64,000 nt of DNA, from the NCBI GenBank assembly GCA_964016885.1, contig OZ024746.1:63240001-63304000 (forward strand). The letters are read 5' to 3'. Origin of the DNA: Eledone cirrhosa. Its lineage: Eukaryota. Position numbers and translations under genes: made by a program. The first letter of the stretch is position 1, and every line of letters begins with the position of its first letter. The notes below the pieces were generated by a model. It was not told where the DNA came from and made no database searches. It saw nothing but the letters and a program-made list of their open reading frames with translations. Positions 51,015 to 64,000 of the stretch are shown piece after piece.

Positions 51015-52312
51015 CGAGGGGGGGGATCAAAAAGTTCGCGGAATTTTATCGTAGTAAGAAAAAATAGATTAAAACAATATTAAACATATCAGAACATTGT
51101 CACTGGGTGTTTACCTTGCTATTAGTCACTTGTAGTCAGTTATGCGTGGATTATTGTACAGTACTGACACTCTTTAAAAAACCTCTTTTGGAACAATGGA
51201 AAATAGTTATTTTGAGATAAGATTGAATATCAAGTTTCTGGTGAAACTCAAATGGAAAGGGACACAGATAATGGAGGTTTTAGTTAAAGTTTACAGTACT
51301 ACTGCTCCAAAGAAAACTGCTGTCTACAAGTGGATTCAGCAATTCAAACAAGGGAGAGACGACCTTGAAGACGACCATCACAGTGGAAGACTAGGAACAT
51401 AAAAAAATGAAAAAAACGTTGAGGCTCCTCAGACTTTAATTGAAGAAGATCGAAGAATAACAGTTAGCTGAGTCCCTAGACATTTCATATGGTTCGGCTA
51501 ATTCAATTCTGCACGATAATTTGGGACTAAGCAAGCTTTCAGCGCGATGGGTCTCAAAAGCGTTGCGCCCTGATCAGCTGATTCTTCGAAGTGATCTGTC
51601 TTTGATGATATTAAACAAAATTGAAGTTGATGAAGAGCATTTCCTGACCAGAATAATCACCGGAGATGAAACCTGGATCTACCAGTATGATGCTGAATCC
51701 AAACAGCAGTCAAACAGCTTCCACGTGGATCATCGGGGCCAATCAAGTTCAAATCTCAAAAGTCGGATCAAAAAGTGATGGCCACGATTTTCTGGGATTC
51801 AGATGGGGTGATACTAATAGATTATCTTGAAGGTCAAAGAACTGTGACAGGAGCTTACTATGCAAATGTTTTAAGGAAGCTGAAAGAGGCTTTAGTCAAG
51901 AAACGAAAAGGGAAACTTCATGGTGGGATCTTGTTTCACCATGACAATGCACCAGCGCATTCTGCGTGGGTTGCAAAAGAAGTTCTTCGAGAATTTCGAT
52001 GGGAAGTGCTTCCTCACCCGCCTTATAGTCCAGATTTAGCCCCATCAGACTTTTTCCTCTTTCCAAAACTCAAAGAAATGCTAAAAGGAACCTGTTTTAG
52101 TGGTGTTGAAGAAGCTAAAAACACTGCCAACACATGGCTTCGAACAAGGCCTTCAACTTTCTTTAGAGACGGCTTATGAAGCTGGAAGCATCGCCTTGTC
52201 AAGTGTATTGACCTGGATGGCAACTATGTAGAAAAATAAATTGATGGTAAATCATATTTTTTGAAAAATAGAATATTTTCTGAAAAATTCTGCGAACTTT
52301 TTATCCCCCCTC

Positions 52313-52313
<1 letters not shown>
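51015..52313 (+). mobile_element. Full-length decayed mariner (D,D34D) transposon
   Basis: TIRs CGAGGGGGGG..ATCAAAAAGTTCGCGGAATTTT / AAAATTCTGCGAACTTTTTATCCCCCCTCG, TA flanks, 1.3 kb. Confidence 0.95.
51196..52239 (+). pseudogene. mariner transposase pseudogene
   Basis: ARWVSKAL, ITGDETW, HDNAPAH, YSPDLAPSDFFLF with 34 residues between the 2nd and 3rd D; split by stops and frameshifts into three ORF pieces. Confidence 0.92.
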
Positions 52314-54006
<1,693 letters not shown>

Positions 54007-54278
54007 GTAGTAATAATAATAAATTTGAAGACTAAAATCCAAAGAGGGCTCGATAAGGATAAATATATATCAGATATATAAGAACCGTAGAGCAAATATT
54101 TATTAAAATAACAGATTAAAGTTTAAGCAAAGAATCGCTGCTATCACCCTTAACGGGGTCTTCTGAAACTAACGAAGTCAATCTGTAAACGCAGAACTGG
54201 ATATTTCAAAAAATGTTGTAACCGGTGGAAGACGATACTTTGGTTCGTGGAAACGTTCGCTGGCTAAGAACGGGAAAA

Positions 54279-54333
<55 letters not shown>

Positions 54334-54336
54334 ATG

Positions 54337-54361
<25 letters not shown>

Positions 54362-54367
<6 letters not shown>

Positions 54368-54701
54368 CATTCATTTCATTTTACGTCCGCTTTTCCCTGC
54401 TTGCAAGGGTGGGACGGGAGCTGATTCTGGCTTGATTTCTATAGCTGGATGCCCTTCCTAACACCAACCTCATTTACAGTGAGTGCTGGGTGCTTTTTTG
54501 CCGTGGCGCCTACACGTCCACTTTGCAGTGGAATAATAGGGAACCCAGTCCCTATCATCTCATTTCTACAGCTGAGTAAACTGGAGCAATGTGAAATAAA
54601 GTGTCTTGCTCAAGGAAACAACACATCACCCGGTCTGAGAATTGAACTAACAATCTTTCGATTGCAAGGCCAATGCTCTAACCACTAAGCCATGTGCCTC
54701 C
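54362..54701 (-). mobile_element. tRNA-derived SINE family A
   Basis: Reverse complement of 3393-3720. Confidence 0.88.
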
Positions 54702-54758
<57 letters not shown>

Positions 54759-54863
54759 ATGTGTGTATATATATATACATTTTATGTGTGTATATATATA
54801 TACATTTTATGTGTGTATATATGTATATATTTTATGTGTGTGTGTATATATATATATATTTTA

Positions 54864-54894
<31 letters not shown>

Positions 54895-54940
54895 TATGTG
54901 TGTATATATATATATTTTGTGTGTATATATATATATTTTA

Positions 54941-54977
<37 letters not shown>

Positions 54978-54996
54978 TGTGTATATATATATATAT

Positions 54997-55161
<165 letters not shown>

Positions 55162-55247
55162 TATGTGTGTATATATGTATATATATATATATATATAATA
55201 TTTTATGTGTGTATATATGTATATATATATATATATATAATATTTTA

Positions 55248-55286
<39 letters not shown>

Positions 55287-55289
55287 TCC

Positions 55290-55783
55290 AAAACAGACGT
55301 CCTAGTGCCTGCGTGCCCAGCAGATATATGAGTTCCTTGAAGGGTTTGCCAGCCGTCGTGTTTGCTAGAAAAAGCTATCAACCCAGCCAAAACCCAGTAG
55401 ACAGTGGAAGCAATAAATGGAGCTCTGAGGGAGGGTGGGGTATATATTTTGTTGACAACCACCTATAGACAACAACAACAACAACAGCGACAATAACAGC
55501 AAACTGCCGCCCAATATTGTCCACACTGGCCGCAGTAGTTGTAGTGATGTTACCACCCTGCTGACAACAACTAAAGCAACAGCTTCAGTAAACAAAATAT
55601 ATACCCCACCCTCCCTCAGAGCTCCATTTATTGCTTCCACTGTCTACTGGGTTTTGGCTACACACAGTTCTTCGTTTTTTCATCTTTTTCGTTGATAGCT
55701 TTTTCTAGCAAACAGGACGGCTGGCAAACCCTTCAAGGAACTCATATGTCTGCTGGGCACACAAGCAATAGGACGTGTGTTTT
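55290..55783. mobile_element. Fold-back with about 160-bp inverted arms, adjacent to a hammerhead-like motif
   Basis: Arms 55290-55453 and 55591-55783 (right arm has a ~30-nt insert); flanked by (TA)n. Confidence 0.75.
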
Positions 55784-55815
55784 TCCTGCCAGAGACATAT
55801 CAAACATATCAATTT

Positions 55816-55903
55816 TCATCTGAGGATACCGTTCTCATAATTAACAGCAAATGCATGAAACACATCTCGGTTGCATGGAGAACCATGGAAATAATTATAA
55901 TGA
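55816..55903 (+). ncRNA. Minimal type I hammerhead-like motif with long helix II (weakened)
   Basis: TCAT-CTGAGGA-TACCGTTCTC...GAGAACCATG-GAAA-TAATTA-TA/ATGA followed by ATTAAA; base of helix II mismatched. Confidence 0.58.
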
Positions 55904-57699
55904 TTAAATGATATATGTAACCTCAGCATCTTATTTTGTTATTTATATATATATAAGCATATTTATTTGTCTTATTCTTAAATCTTTAAAGTTATTAGCT
56001 TAGCTAACACATAACCCTCTCTCCTGATCTGAAATCTATGTAACTGTTAAGATATTTTTTATTGGGTGTATGTGTGTCTATATATATGCTTCAACATTGC
56101 TTTGTTTTTTTCAATAAGTGTTTAGCTGACAGATGTAAATTAAGTTTATTATTTTAGTGAGAGGATATGGAAGAGTTTCATATTAATTACTCATGGAATT
56201 AGCAGATTAATTGTGATTACTTTAGTTACTATCTTCTGTCTGTATTATATACCACTCACATGGCCTTTGTTTTTCTGAAGGTATTCATTCAGCTGTTGAT
56301 AAACTACCATAAACACTTCAGTTTTCCAGTTATCCACTAATAGTGTAACATGTGTCTGTATCACTGTAGTTTAGATTTTAAAATGATTTTCACTTAAAAA
56401 GCTTTGAACACATTTTTTAAATATTCAAATCCTGTTTCAAAAAGAAATTCTCAGCTAAAGCAGAACTCATTGAATATACAATGTATTTAATATTTTTTAG
56501 TTAGAAATATATAAAATATTATAAATCTTTATTTCTCAAATAATATGGAAATAAATTTTATGAAGAAAAATATAACAGAAAGAAAGCCAAGATAAAAGAA
56601 GCTGCTTTGATGACAATTTGTTACATATAAAAATATTTACTTTGTATGGAGTCATTGTTGTTATGTTGTCAACAGATTCTAGTCACACACACATTTTATG
56701 TAGGTTGTTAGATATTGTTACAATAGTGTGAACTTCACCTCTATATCTGCTCATTCTTATTAATCACTCACTGGGTGATAACGAAAGTGAATCAAAGGTG
56801 TGAATAGAAAATCACTTTAATACTATAACTGAACTTGAAATCATTTCTTTTTTTCTTTTCCTGCTTTTTAAAAGATAAATTTAATATAACCCAACACCTG
56901 GCCTGTACCTGTATTTAAAAATATATCACTTTTGTGCAGCAAGTTATTCACAACAGGTCTTCGGTTTGAGGACACTCTCATCCCTCTCTTTCAACAGTCT
57001 CAGAGGCACTGAAAAGGGTCATGGGCTTGTCCCTTCCCTCACTGACTAAATGGTAACACACACACATATAGGTTCTTATTAAATCTTCCTTCTAAATATA
57101 TATAGTTCTTAGTAGACGGAAAAACAAAATAATATTGTCCTTTACAAATGTTTTCCTTTTATGTTGAAAGAAAATAACCACTTGCAAAAAATTGATCAAT
57201 GATTTTTATTTACAAAACCTTTTCTGGGAATTACACGTTGCCTGTGTCAGTGTGGAATTATATTGATTTAAATTTATTGCCATCTGGCATGTATTTATCT
57301 TCTGTTTTTGAATGAAAATTACTTGGATAACTGGAGTAAGTATATATCACTGGAAAGTTTTCTGAATTGTTTTAGTATAAACACTTGTATATATAGTTCC
57401 TCTGTAAATCTGGGTGTGCATTCACATTGAGTGTGTGTACGTGTCATTAGACATGTTAAGTTATTTTATCTTTTTTTTTTTTTAGATATCTCATATCATG
57501 TATCTTAGAAAAGATTTGTTTACTAATAATGTTATTCCATATTGTTAATGTACCCTTTGTTCTTTTCATGTGCCACTTATTACATTTTCTTGACTTATAA
57601 ATGTGCCTTCTTTTCTATCCAATAGTTTTTTAATTATTCAAAGTAATATAAATTATATTAGGAAGACACTGGTGCTATTATTTTCACCTGTTGTTTTAA

Positions 57700-57931
57700 C
57701 CCTTTTGATATCAACCTACCTGGAACTGCCTCTGATTCACATCGGTTTATTTTAAAATGGTTATTACATTTATCTTAAAAACCTTCCATCATAATTTTAT
57801 GTAAGAACCTTTGTGAAGTTTTGCTCCAAAAACTAACTTTATGAGAAAGTTATTTTACAAATTCTTGATTGTTTACAAAATTTATTGAAAACTATAGGCA
57901 CTGTTTCATTAGAAATTTGTTAATAAAGGGG
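57700..57931 (+). mobile_element. piggyBac-type MITE family 2
   Basis: TTAA-CCCTTTTGATA ... TAATAAAGGGG-TTAA. Confidence 0.75.
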
Positions 57932-58133
57932 TTAACTTTTTATATAATGATACATTAAAGAGATGTGAAACCTGAGATAGTTCAAAAGGAAGGTATATCA
58001 ATTATGTTAAACTGGAGTTTATATAATGTTACTGTGTATAATTTATTTAATACAAGAATTATTCATGTTTATTCATGTGTTACACTAATTACTCTATAGT
58101 TGGCAGACATATTTCCTATTACAATTATTTAAT

Positions 58134-58326
58134 GAGGTGGTGGATTGGCAGTATCGGTAGAGGGTCGGACGCCATGCTTTGCAACACAGTTATGTCCCTT
58201 TACGGATTGAGTTCAAATCCCGCCATGGTTAACTTTGCCTTTCATCCTTACGGAGTCGATAAAATAAAGTACCAGTAATACACTGGGATAATTGTTGGCC
58301 TTGTGCCAAAAGTAGAAACAATTATT
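58134..58326 (+). mobile_element. SINE family C
   Basis: A-box-like TGGCAGTATCGG, B box GAGTTCAAATCC, central GCCTTTCATCCTTACGGAGTCGATAAAATAAAGTACCAG, ATTATT tail; further copy at 61557-61779. Confidence 0.8.
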
Positions 58327-58405
58327 TAATGAGTATCTTTGTTATTTTTATATCTATCTTTCTTTGCTGGCATGGGTTGGATTTAGGGTTACTAGATTGG
58401 GCTAT

Positions 58406-58613
58406 TGTGAAGGCACATGGCTGAGTGGTAAGAGAATTGGATTCGCAATTGTGAGGTTGTAAGTTCAATTTCTGGATTGGGCGATGCGTTATGTCCTTGA
58501 GCAAGACACTTTATTTCATGTTGCTCCTACTACCTGGAGTTGCAACCGATAGATAGTATTAGCAATTGGAAAGACCAACAGAAACATTGTTTCTTCGAAA
58601 GTTGATTGACTGT
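58406..58613 (+). mobile_element. tRNA-derived SINE family B
   Basis: Colinear with 39125-39350. Confidence 0.8.
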
Positions 58614-60818
58614 CTAGATTGGGCTATGAATAGCAGGCTACATTACTTTTCAAAACAGCATGCTGAAATATTATTTTATTTGAGCTACATATGTTAACAT
58701 TTTAACTTTTAACCCTTTCATTACCATATTTCTATGATAGATAGCTGAAGGACTGAAGGTGAATATCTTGTTAAATTACCAGCTAGATAAATTATAATCA
58801 GCCTATAGGCAATCTTTATATGTTTCTAAATTTACTAGCAAAATGTTAATTTTGAACTACTTTCTGCCATGAACCGTTACTTTTTGGAAATTTTGTGCTA
58901 GTATTTATGAAATTAATCTGATAACCCTGATTGGACTAGTCTCGTGTTTTGTCACTAGTTGTGGTTTTGTCAACTGGCTCACACAGTGTCAGGGAAAGCC
59001 TGCTATCTTTGTTGTATATGTCATGTTTTGGGCATGGTTTTTACAGCTCGATACCCTCTCTATTTATTGCTAACAAAAAATATTGAGATTGATATCCACC
59101 CACTCATGAATAGGAATGTGCAATTTTGGTGGGATTGACCTCAATATAATACTAATATATATTTTATTGGCAAGGGTACAGGTTTGGTTGTGTGTTTAAC
59201 TATTTCATTTAGTAATCACATGGGTTATGGTTTAATTCCACTCTGTGACATCTTAGGCAAGTATGTTCCACCATATCCTCAGGTTGACCAATAACTTGAG
59301 AATGGAATTTGATAAATGAAAACTATAGAAACCCACTGTGTGTGTGTGTGTGTGTGTGTGCCTTACCATCTTTCACTGATGTTTATTGGAAAAAGATGTA
59401 AATATTGACAAAAAGTGGTGCTTTTTAGGTGAATTCCCTTGTGATATTTGTTTTACACCAAGTCACAGACACTCTTAGAAATATAATAAACCTATGATTT
59501 AACCTCATCAGAAACAGTAATATTGTTCACCAATTGTGATATTTGATAAATAAATAAGTGGATTTGAACTCCAGATAGCAACTGATATCTGCTGCCATGA
59601 CTTTGTTTCCTAGTTTGGTTATCTCTGAGTGGTTTCTACCATCAATGCCTGTATCTATGTGTACTCGTTATTAAGAGATAATTATATTAAAAGATAAATC
59701 AGACACGTGACTCTATTACTGACTGTTTTGTTGAGAGAATGATTCAAATGTGTAACGCTTTTTGTTTACATCACCCCCACCTCGCTCTCTCTCTCTCTCA
59801 CTTTCTCATTCTCACTTTCTCTCTCTCTCCCTCCCTCCCTCTCTCCCCCTTTCTCATTCTCTCCCCCCCCTCATTCTCTCTCACCCCACCCCCCTCTCTC
59901 TCTCTCTCTAAATGAACCTGTGGTTTAAACCCCCCACTCACACATACAGACACACACACACACCTGTATTTTTCCTTTGATTATTCATATTAACATTACC
60001 TTGTCTTGTGCAAGGTATAATGGACTTTCCTGCCACTGGCTCTAATCTCTAAGTAATAGTATTTCAGTTTTCACTGTCTATTGTATGTCCTCTTTTAGTT
60101 TGTTTTTTTATAAGATTTGTGTAACCTGCAGACCCCCCCCCCCCTTCCTCTCCTTATTTGTTGATCCACCTCCAATAAGTCAGCTTAACTAATTAAAGCT
60201 ACCGGTAAAAGCATGCCTTGTTCTATATAAGCTCACACACACACTTTCATTAAGCTCTCTCTCTCTGTTCTGTTCTGTTACACCTCACACACACACTCTC
60301 TCTCTCTTTAAGCTCACACACACACACTCTCTCTTTATGCTCATACACATTCTCTTTCTCTCTCTCTCTCTCTGTGTTTAAACTCACACACTCTCTTATT
60401 CTATATAAACTCATACTCCCCACCTCTCTCTTAAATAAATTCCCTTTGCTAATCTTTATCTACTCACCTGTATCACCTATGACGTAGAAGACATTAGGTT
60501 GTCTGTCTGTTAAGAGTTTAGCCTTCAAATTACTTGCAACACATTCGCCATACGTCAACCACGTGCCCTGCTCAGCAGATGTTGCAACCTTTTCAAAATT
60601 GACTTAGGACAGAAATCTGCACAGCTTCTAACAGCTCATAATTTCAGTTGACTATTTTTACCACACCACTTAGCTTGTCTTTTTAATTGAACTATCTCAC
60701 TCCCCTTACTACATTTACTTTCAGTTTAATTTAAAAACTACTTTACAAAACCAAGCACCTGCTGCATTGTTCGTTTTATTTTAAGTTGAAATTCTCATTT
60801 ACTCTTTCTATATATATA

Positions 60819-60861
<43 letters not shown>

Positions 60862-61232
60862 ATGCAAGGTAAAAAGCAAGTAAGCAAATCAGGAGGAGAG
60901 AAAAGTGATTAGTTATGCAGATTACAAGCCAGTAGAGAGAAGGTTAGTGTGCTCAATGCATATAGGTTGCTAGCAAGCCATGCGATTAGATGGAAAGAGT
61001 TTAAAAATCGTATTATAAGCAGAGCAAAAGATCATATTTTAAATGCTGGAGAGAAAAACACACAAAGCAAACAACACAGTACAATGAAGAAATATATTAG
61101 TTTAACACTGAATATAGGAGGAAAAGAGTCTTTATTTTTCAGACAGAAGATAGAATGAGAAATTTAGATATATATATGGTGTATATGTAGCCAATCTCTT
61201 GGACTTTTACAAGCTCTAAAAAGATAGTTATA

Positions 61233-61405
61233 AAGAAAGATGTGCTCATGCATAGAGATGCTATAAACTAGGGTGAAGACCCTTTAAAGATGGAAAAAGA
61301 AGTTGCCATCAGCAGCTATGAGGAATCGAACCCCATATCTCTCAGATACTAGCTAGGTGCTTTAGACCATTAAGCCACAGTCCCTTGGCTTAATGGTCTA
61401 AAGCA
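61233..61405 (-). mobile_element. tRNA-Thr(AGT)-like headed element with terminal 20-bp perfect inverted repeat
   Basis: Minus: TGGCTTAATGG (A box), anticodon loop CT-AGT-AT, GGTTCGATTCC (B box); body matches the arms of 2588-2834; stem 61358-61377/61386-61405. Confidence 0.72.
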
Positions 61406-61784
61406 AATTTTCCTTCCCCTCAAAATTGCTAACCTTCTGCCACCAACAGAACCAATTATTGTAACTTTGTTTCTTAGTTTTCATAGCCTGAGATTTTGTT
61501 CTTTGCATCGTTGGTCAAATTATGAATTTGACCAATTATTATTTATACTGGGGATTAAGGCCAGCAGATTGGCAGTACCGGAAGAGCATCAGACAACATG
61601 CTTCGCGGCACAGTTACATCCCTTTACGTTCTGGGGTCAAATCTCACCGAGGTTAGCTTTGCCTTTTATCCTTATGGGGTCGATAAAATAAAGCACCAGT
61701 AATACACTGGAGTCAATTTAATCAACTTTCCCTTCCCCTTCAAATTGCTGGCCTTGTGCCTAAAGTAGAAACAATTATTTATAC

Positions 61785-61954
61785 CAGGGATTTCAAACCC
61801 TCGGCCCACAAACTACTTTTCTATGACCTGTAGCAAAATAATTTTCATAACTAATATTAATGAACCCCACCCCCTCCTCATCTCACTTTTGACCTGCTGT
61901 GCCACTCTCCCAAAGTGCAATGACCCTTTTGAGTCCCTAAGTTTGAAACCCTTG
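61785..61954. mobile_element. hAT-type MITE
   Basis: TIR CAGGGATTTCAAAC / GTTTGAAACCCTTG, near-perfect 8-bp TSD ATTTATAC / ATTTATAT. Confidence 0.75.
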
Positions 61955-62001
61955 ATTTATATGAATGATAAAATAGTGAAGTGACAAAAATGGCTTTGTT
62001 C

Positions 62002-62070
<69 letters not shown>

Positions 62071-62694
62071 TTGTATCTATATGTTTTATGTTTGCTTATG
62101 CAAATATATATTTGTATGTGTATTTGTGAACACATCAAGTTTAAAATCAACAATTGGAGTCAATTCTCTTTGTTTATACCTTAATGAGAGGCATGAACAT
62201 CGCATGATCTCATTGTCATCCAATACATATTGGAGAAAATCATTTGTGTTCACTTTATTTACATGGGATTCTAAAATAAAGCTAACACAAGATTTATCTG
62301 TCCATCCATCTCTCTCTCTCTCTCACACCTTCCATGCTAGCATGGGTTAGGCGGGTTGTCCCATTTAGGGCAAATTGGGTCAGGTGATTGTATCCTACTC
62401 ATACAGAACTGTTTCTAGCTAGATTTCTACAGCTGGATGCCCTTCCTAATGCCAACCACATTAGTGTGGGTTGAGTGCTTTTTGTCATGACACACACACA
62501 CACACAGTCAGAGAGGCAGAATGTGTGTATATATATATAAACCATGCACTCCAACGTATACTTGTCTCAGAGTCTTCCTCTGAAGGAATAATCATCCCAG
62601 TAATGTTAAATTGTGTTCGCTGTTGTATAGATTGGACTACCTTCCAGCAACATCATTAAAAACAATGTTTCTTCTCTGATTCTAAGAAACTATG

Positions 62695-62730
<36 letters not shown>

Positions 62731-62829
62731 AGAGGGAGAGAACTGTTATATTGATATACCTAGATGAAACATTGTGTAAGGAGTACATTTTGTTTTTTAA
62801 TGTATTGCCTTCTCCGCCATTTAATTTTG

Positions 62830-62874
<45 letters not shown>

Positions 62875-64000
62875 TCTGACAGTTACCTGTCCTTTCCGCT
62901 CTAGCCAGATGATTTCTTTTAAGTGCCCCATTACAGATCTCACACTGACTATTACCTACTACATTTAAGAGACTCCCTTCTTTTGGCTCTCACCCCATAC
63001 CTTTATCTTGTGGTCTCATGTCTCCCTTATGACCCCCATTCTCCCTCTTCCCTGTCTCTGTTACTGTAAACATATTTGGTAACCACCCTTCTCTGACTGA
63101 CTGTACTTACTTACACAGGTAAACTTCCTACTATAATTCTGACTTAACCATCACCTCTCTCTTACCAAACATGAGATTTTATGTAAACATCTTTTATCAA
63201 CTCAGGTCTCTATTTCCTGGAAGAAATTGTTATTTCTATAAAGTTATCCATACTGAACATTATTTTGGTTAGTCTTAAATAAGCTTGTTCATTTAGCTAT
63301 AACATGTCTTTCTTAGGGAGTTATATACCTTCATACGCATTTGCACAGATATACATACACACATGCTATTTTTCCCTCAAACTTTCTACAAACAGTACTA
63401 ATTAATATTCCATAGACTTAGGTACAACAACAAAATAATTAGCCACGAATAGGTTTAATTTGATGTAAGTTTTTAACTTAAAATTGTTGGCAAATCATTT
63501 TTTTTTTTAATGTGGATAGCCATAAACTATTTATTTTCTTTAAAATAATGGGAGTAATCATTAATTATAAAGCACCCAGCTTACTCTGTAAAATGGTAGT
63601 GTTGGTGTCAGTACACACTGTAAAGCACTCCACATTAGGAAGGGCAGCCAGTGGTAGAAAACAATCCCAAAATGGGGCATACAAGCAAAATGTAGTCACC
63701 TGACCATCTGCTCAATATCTTCCCCCTCTTGAACTTTAGTTATAACTAACATGTCTAATTGTTATTAAATTTTCTTCTCTGAATTTTATTTCGTTTTTCA
63801 TCTTACCCAGCTTTTCTTTATCATATGTTGTACCTCCATGACTATTTTAACACCTATTTTTTCCAGACTAACATTTGTTGGATGGGTCGTCAATATGACA
63901 AAATACCACTTCTCTGGATCTTATGCCTATTTTATTTATAAGTAACATTTTCCCAACATGCATCATTAATATTTATATCTTGTCCATAATTTGGCAATAA

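Noticed and set aside
57486-57510. Candidate fourth exon after a strong T-tract acceptor
   Set aside because: The required phase-1 frame hits a stop after 7 codons

Overview
AT-rich, microsatellite-saturated animal genomic DNA. The repeat repertoire suggests a coleoid cephalopod such as Octopus (inference only). The window holds the 5' part of one large + strand gene. It has a CpG-rich putative promoter at about 8.0-9.0 kb and three phase-compatible coding exons (16185-16547, 32001-32168, 44387-44585) encoding an acidic N-terminus and a spectrin-repeat-like helical segment (klarsicht/AKAP6-like, tentative). The rest is intronic and filled with mobile DNA: a nearly full-length inactivated RTE LINE with a PHD-like finger inside its RT region, two similarly truncated RTE derivatives, a decayed D,D34D mariner, piggyBac-, hAT-, Tc2- and Tigger-type MITEs, several tRNA-derived SINE families and minisatellites. 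The most interesting signal, which the ORF track does not show, is a dispersed set of minimal type I hammerhead ribozyme motifs (CUGANGA-helix II-GAAA-tiny helix III-NUH), most followed by AATAAA/ATTAAA. They lie in short unique islands within (TA)n tracts, and two lie in or beside long fold-back inverted repeats. This matches Penelope-like element termini. The copy at 39448-39502 (-) looks intact, while the copies in sense with the host pre-mRNA carry weakening changes. A palindromic tRNA-Thr-headed element (two copies with different symmetry axes) and a perfect 27-bp hairpin were also seen. Most ORF-track entries are microsatellite translations. All structures were read by eye and no searches were run.
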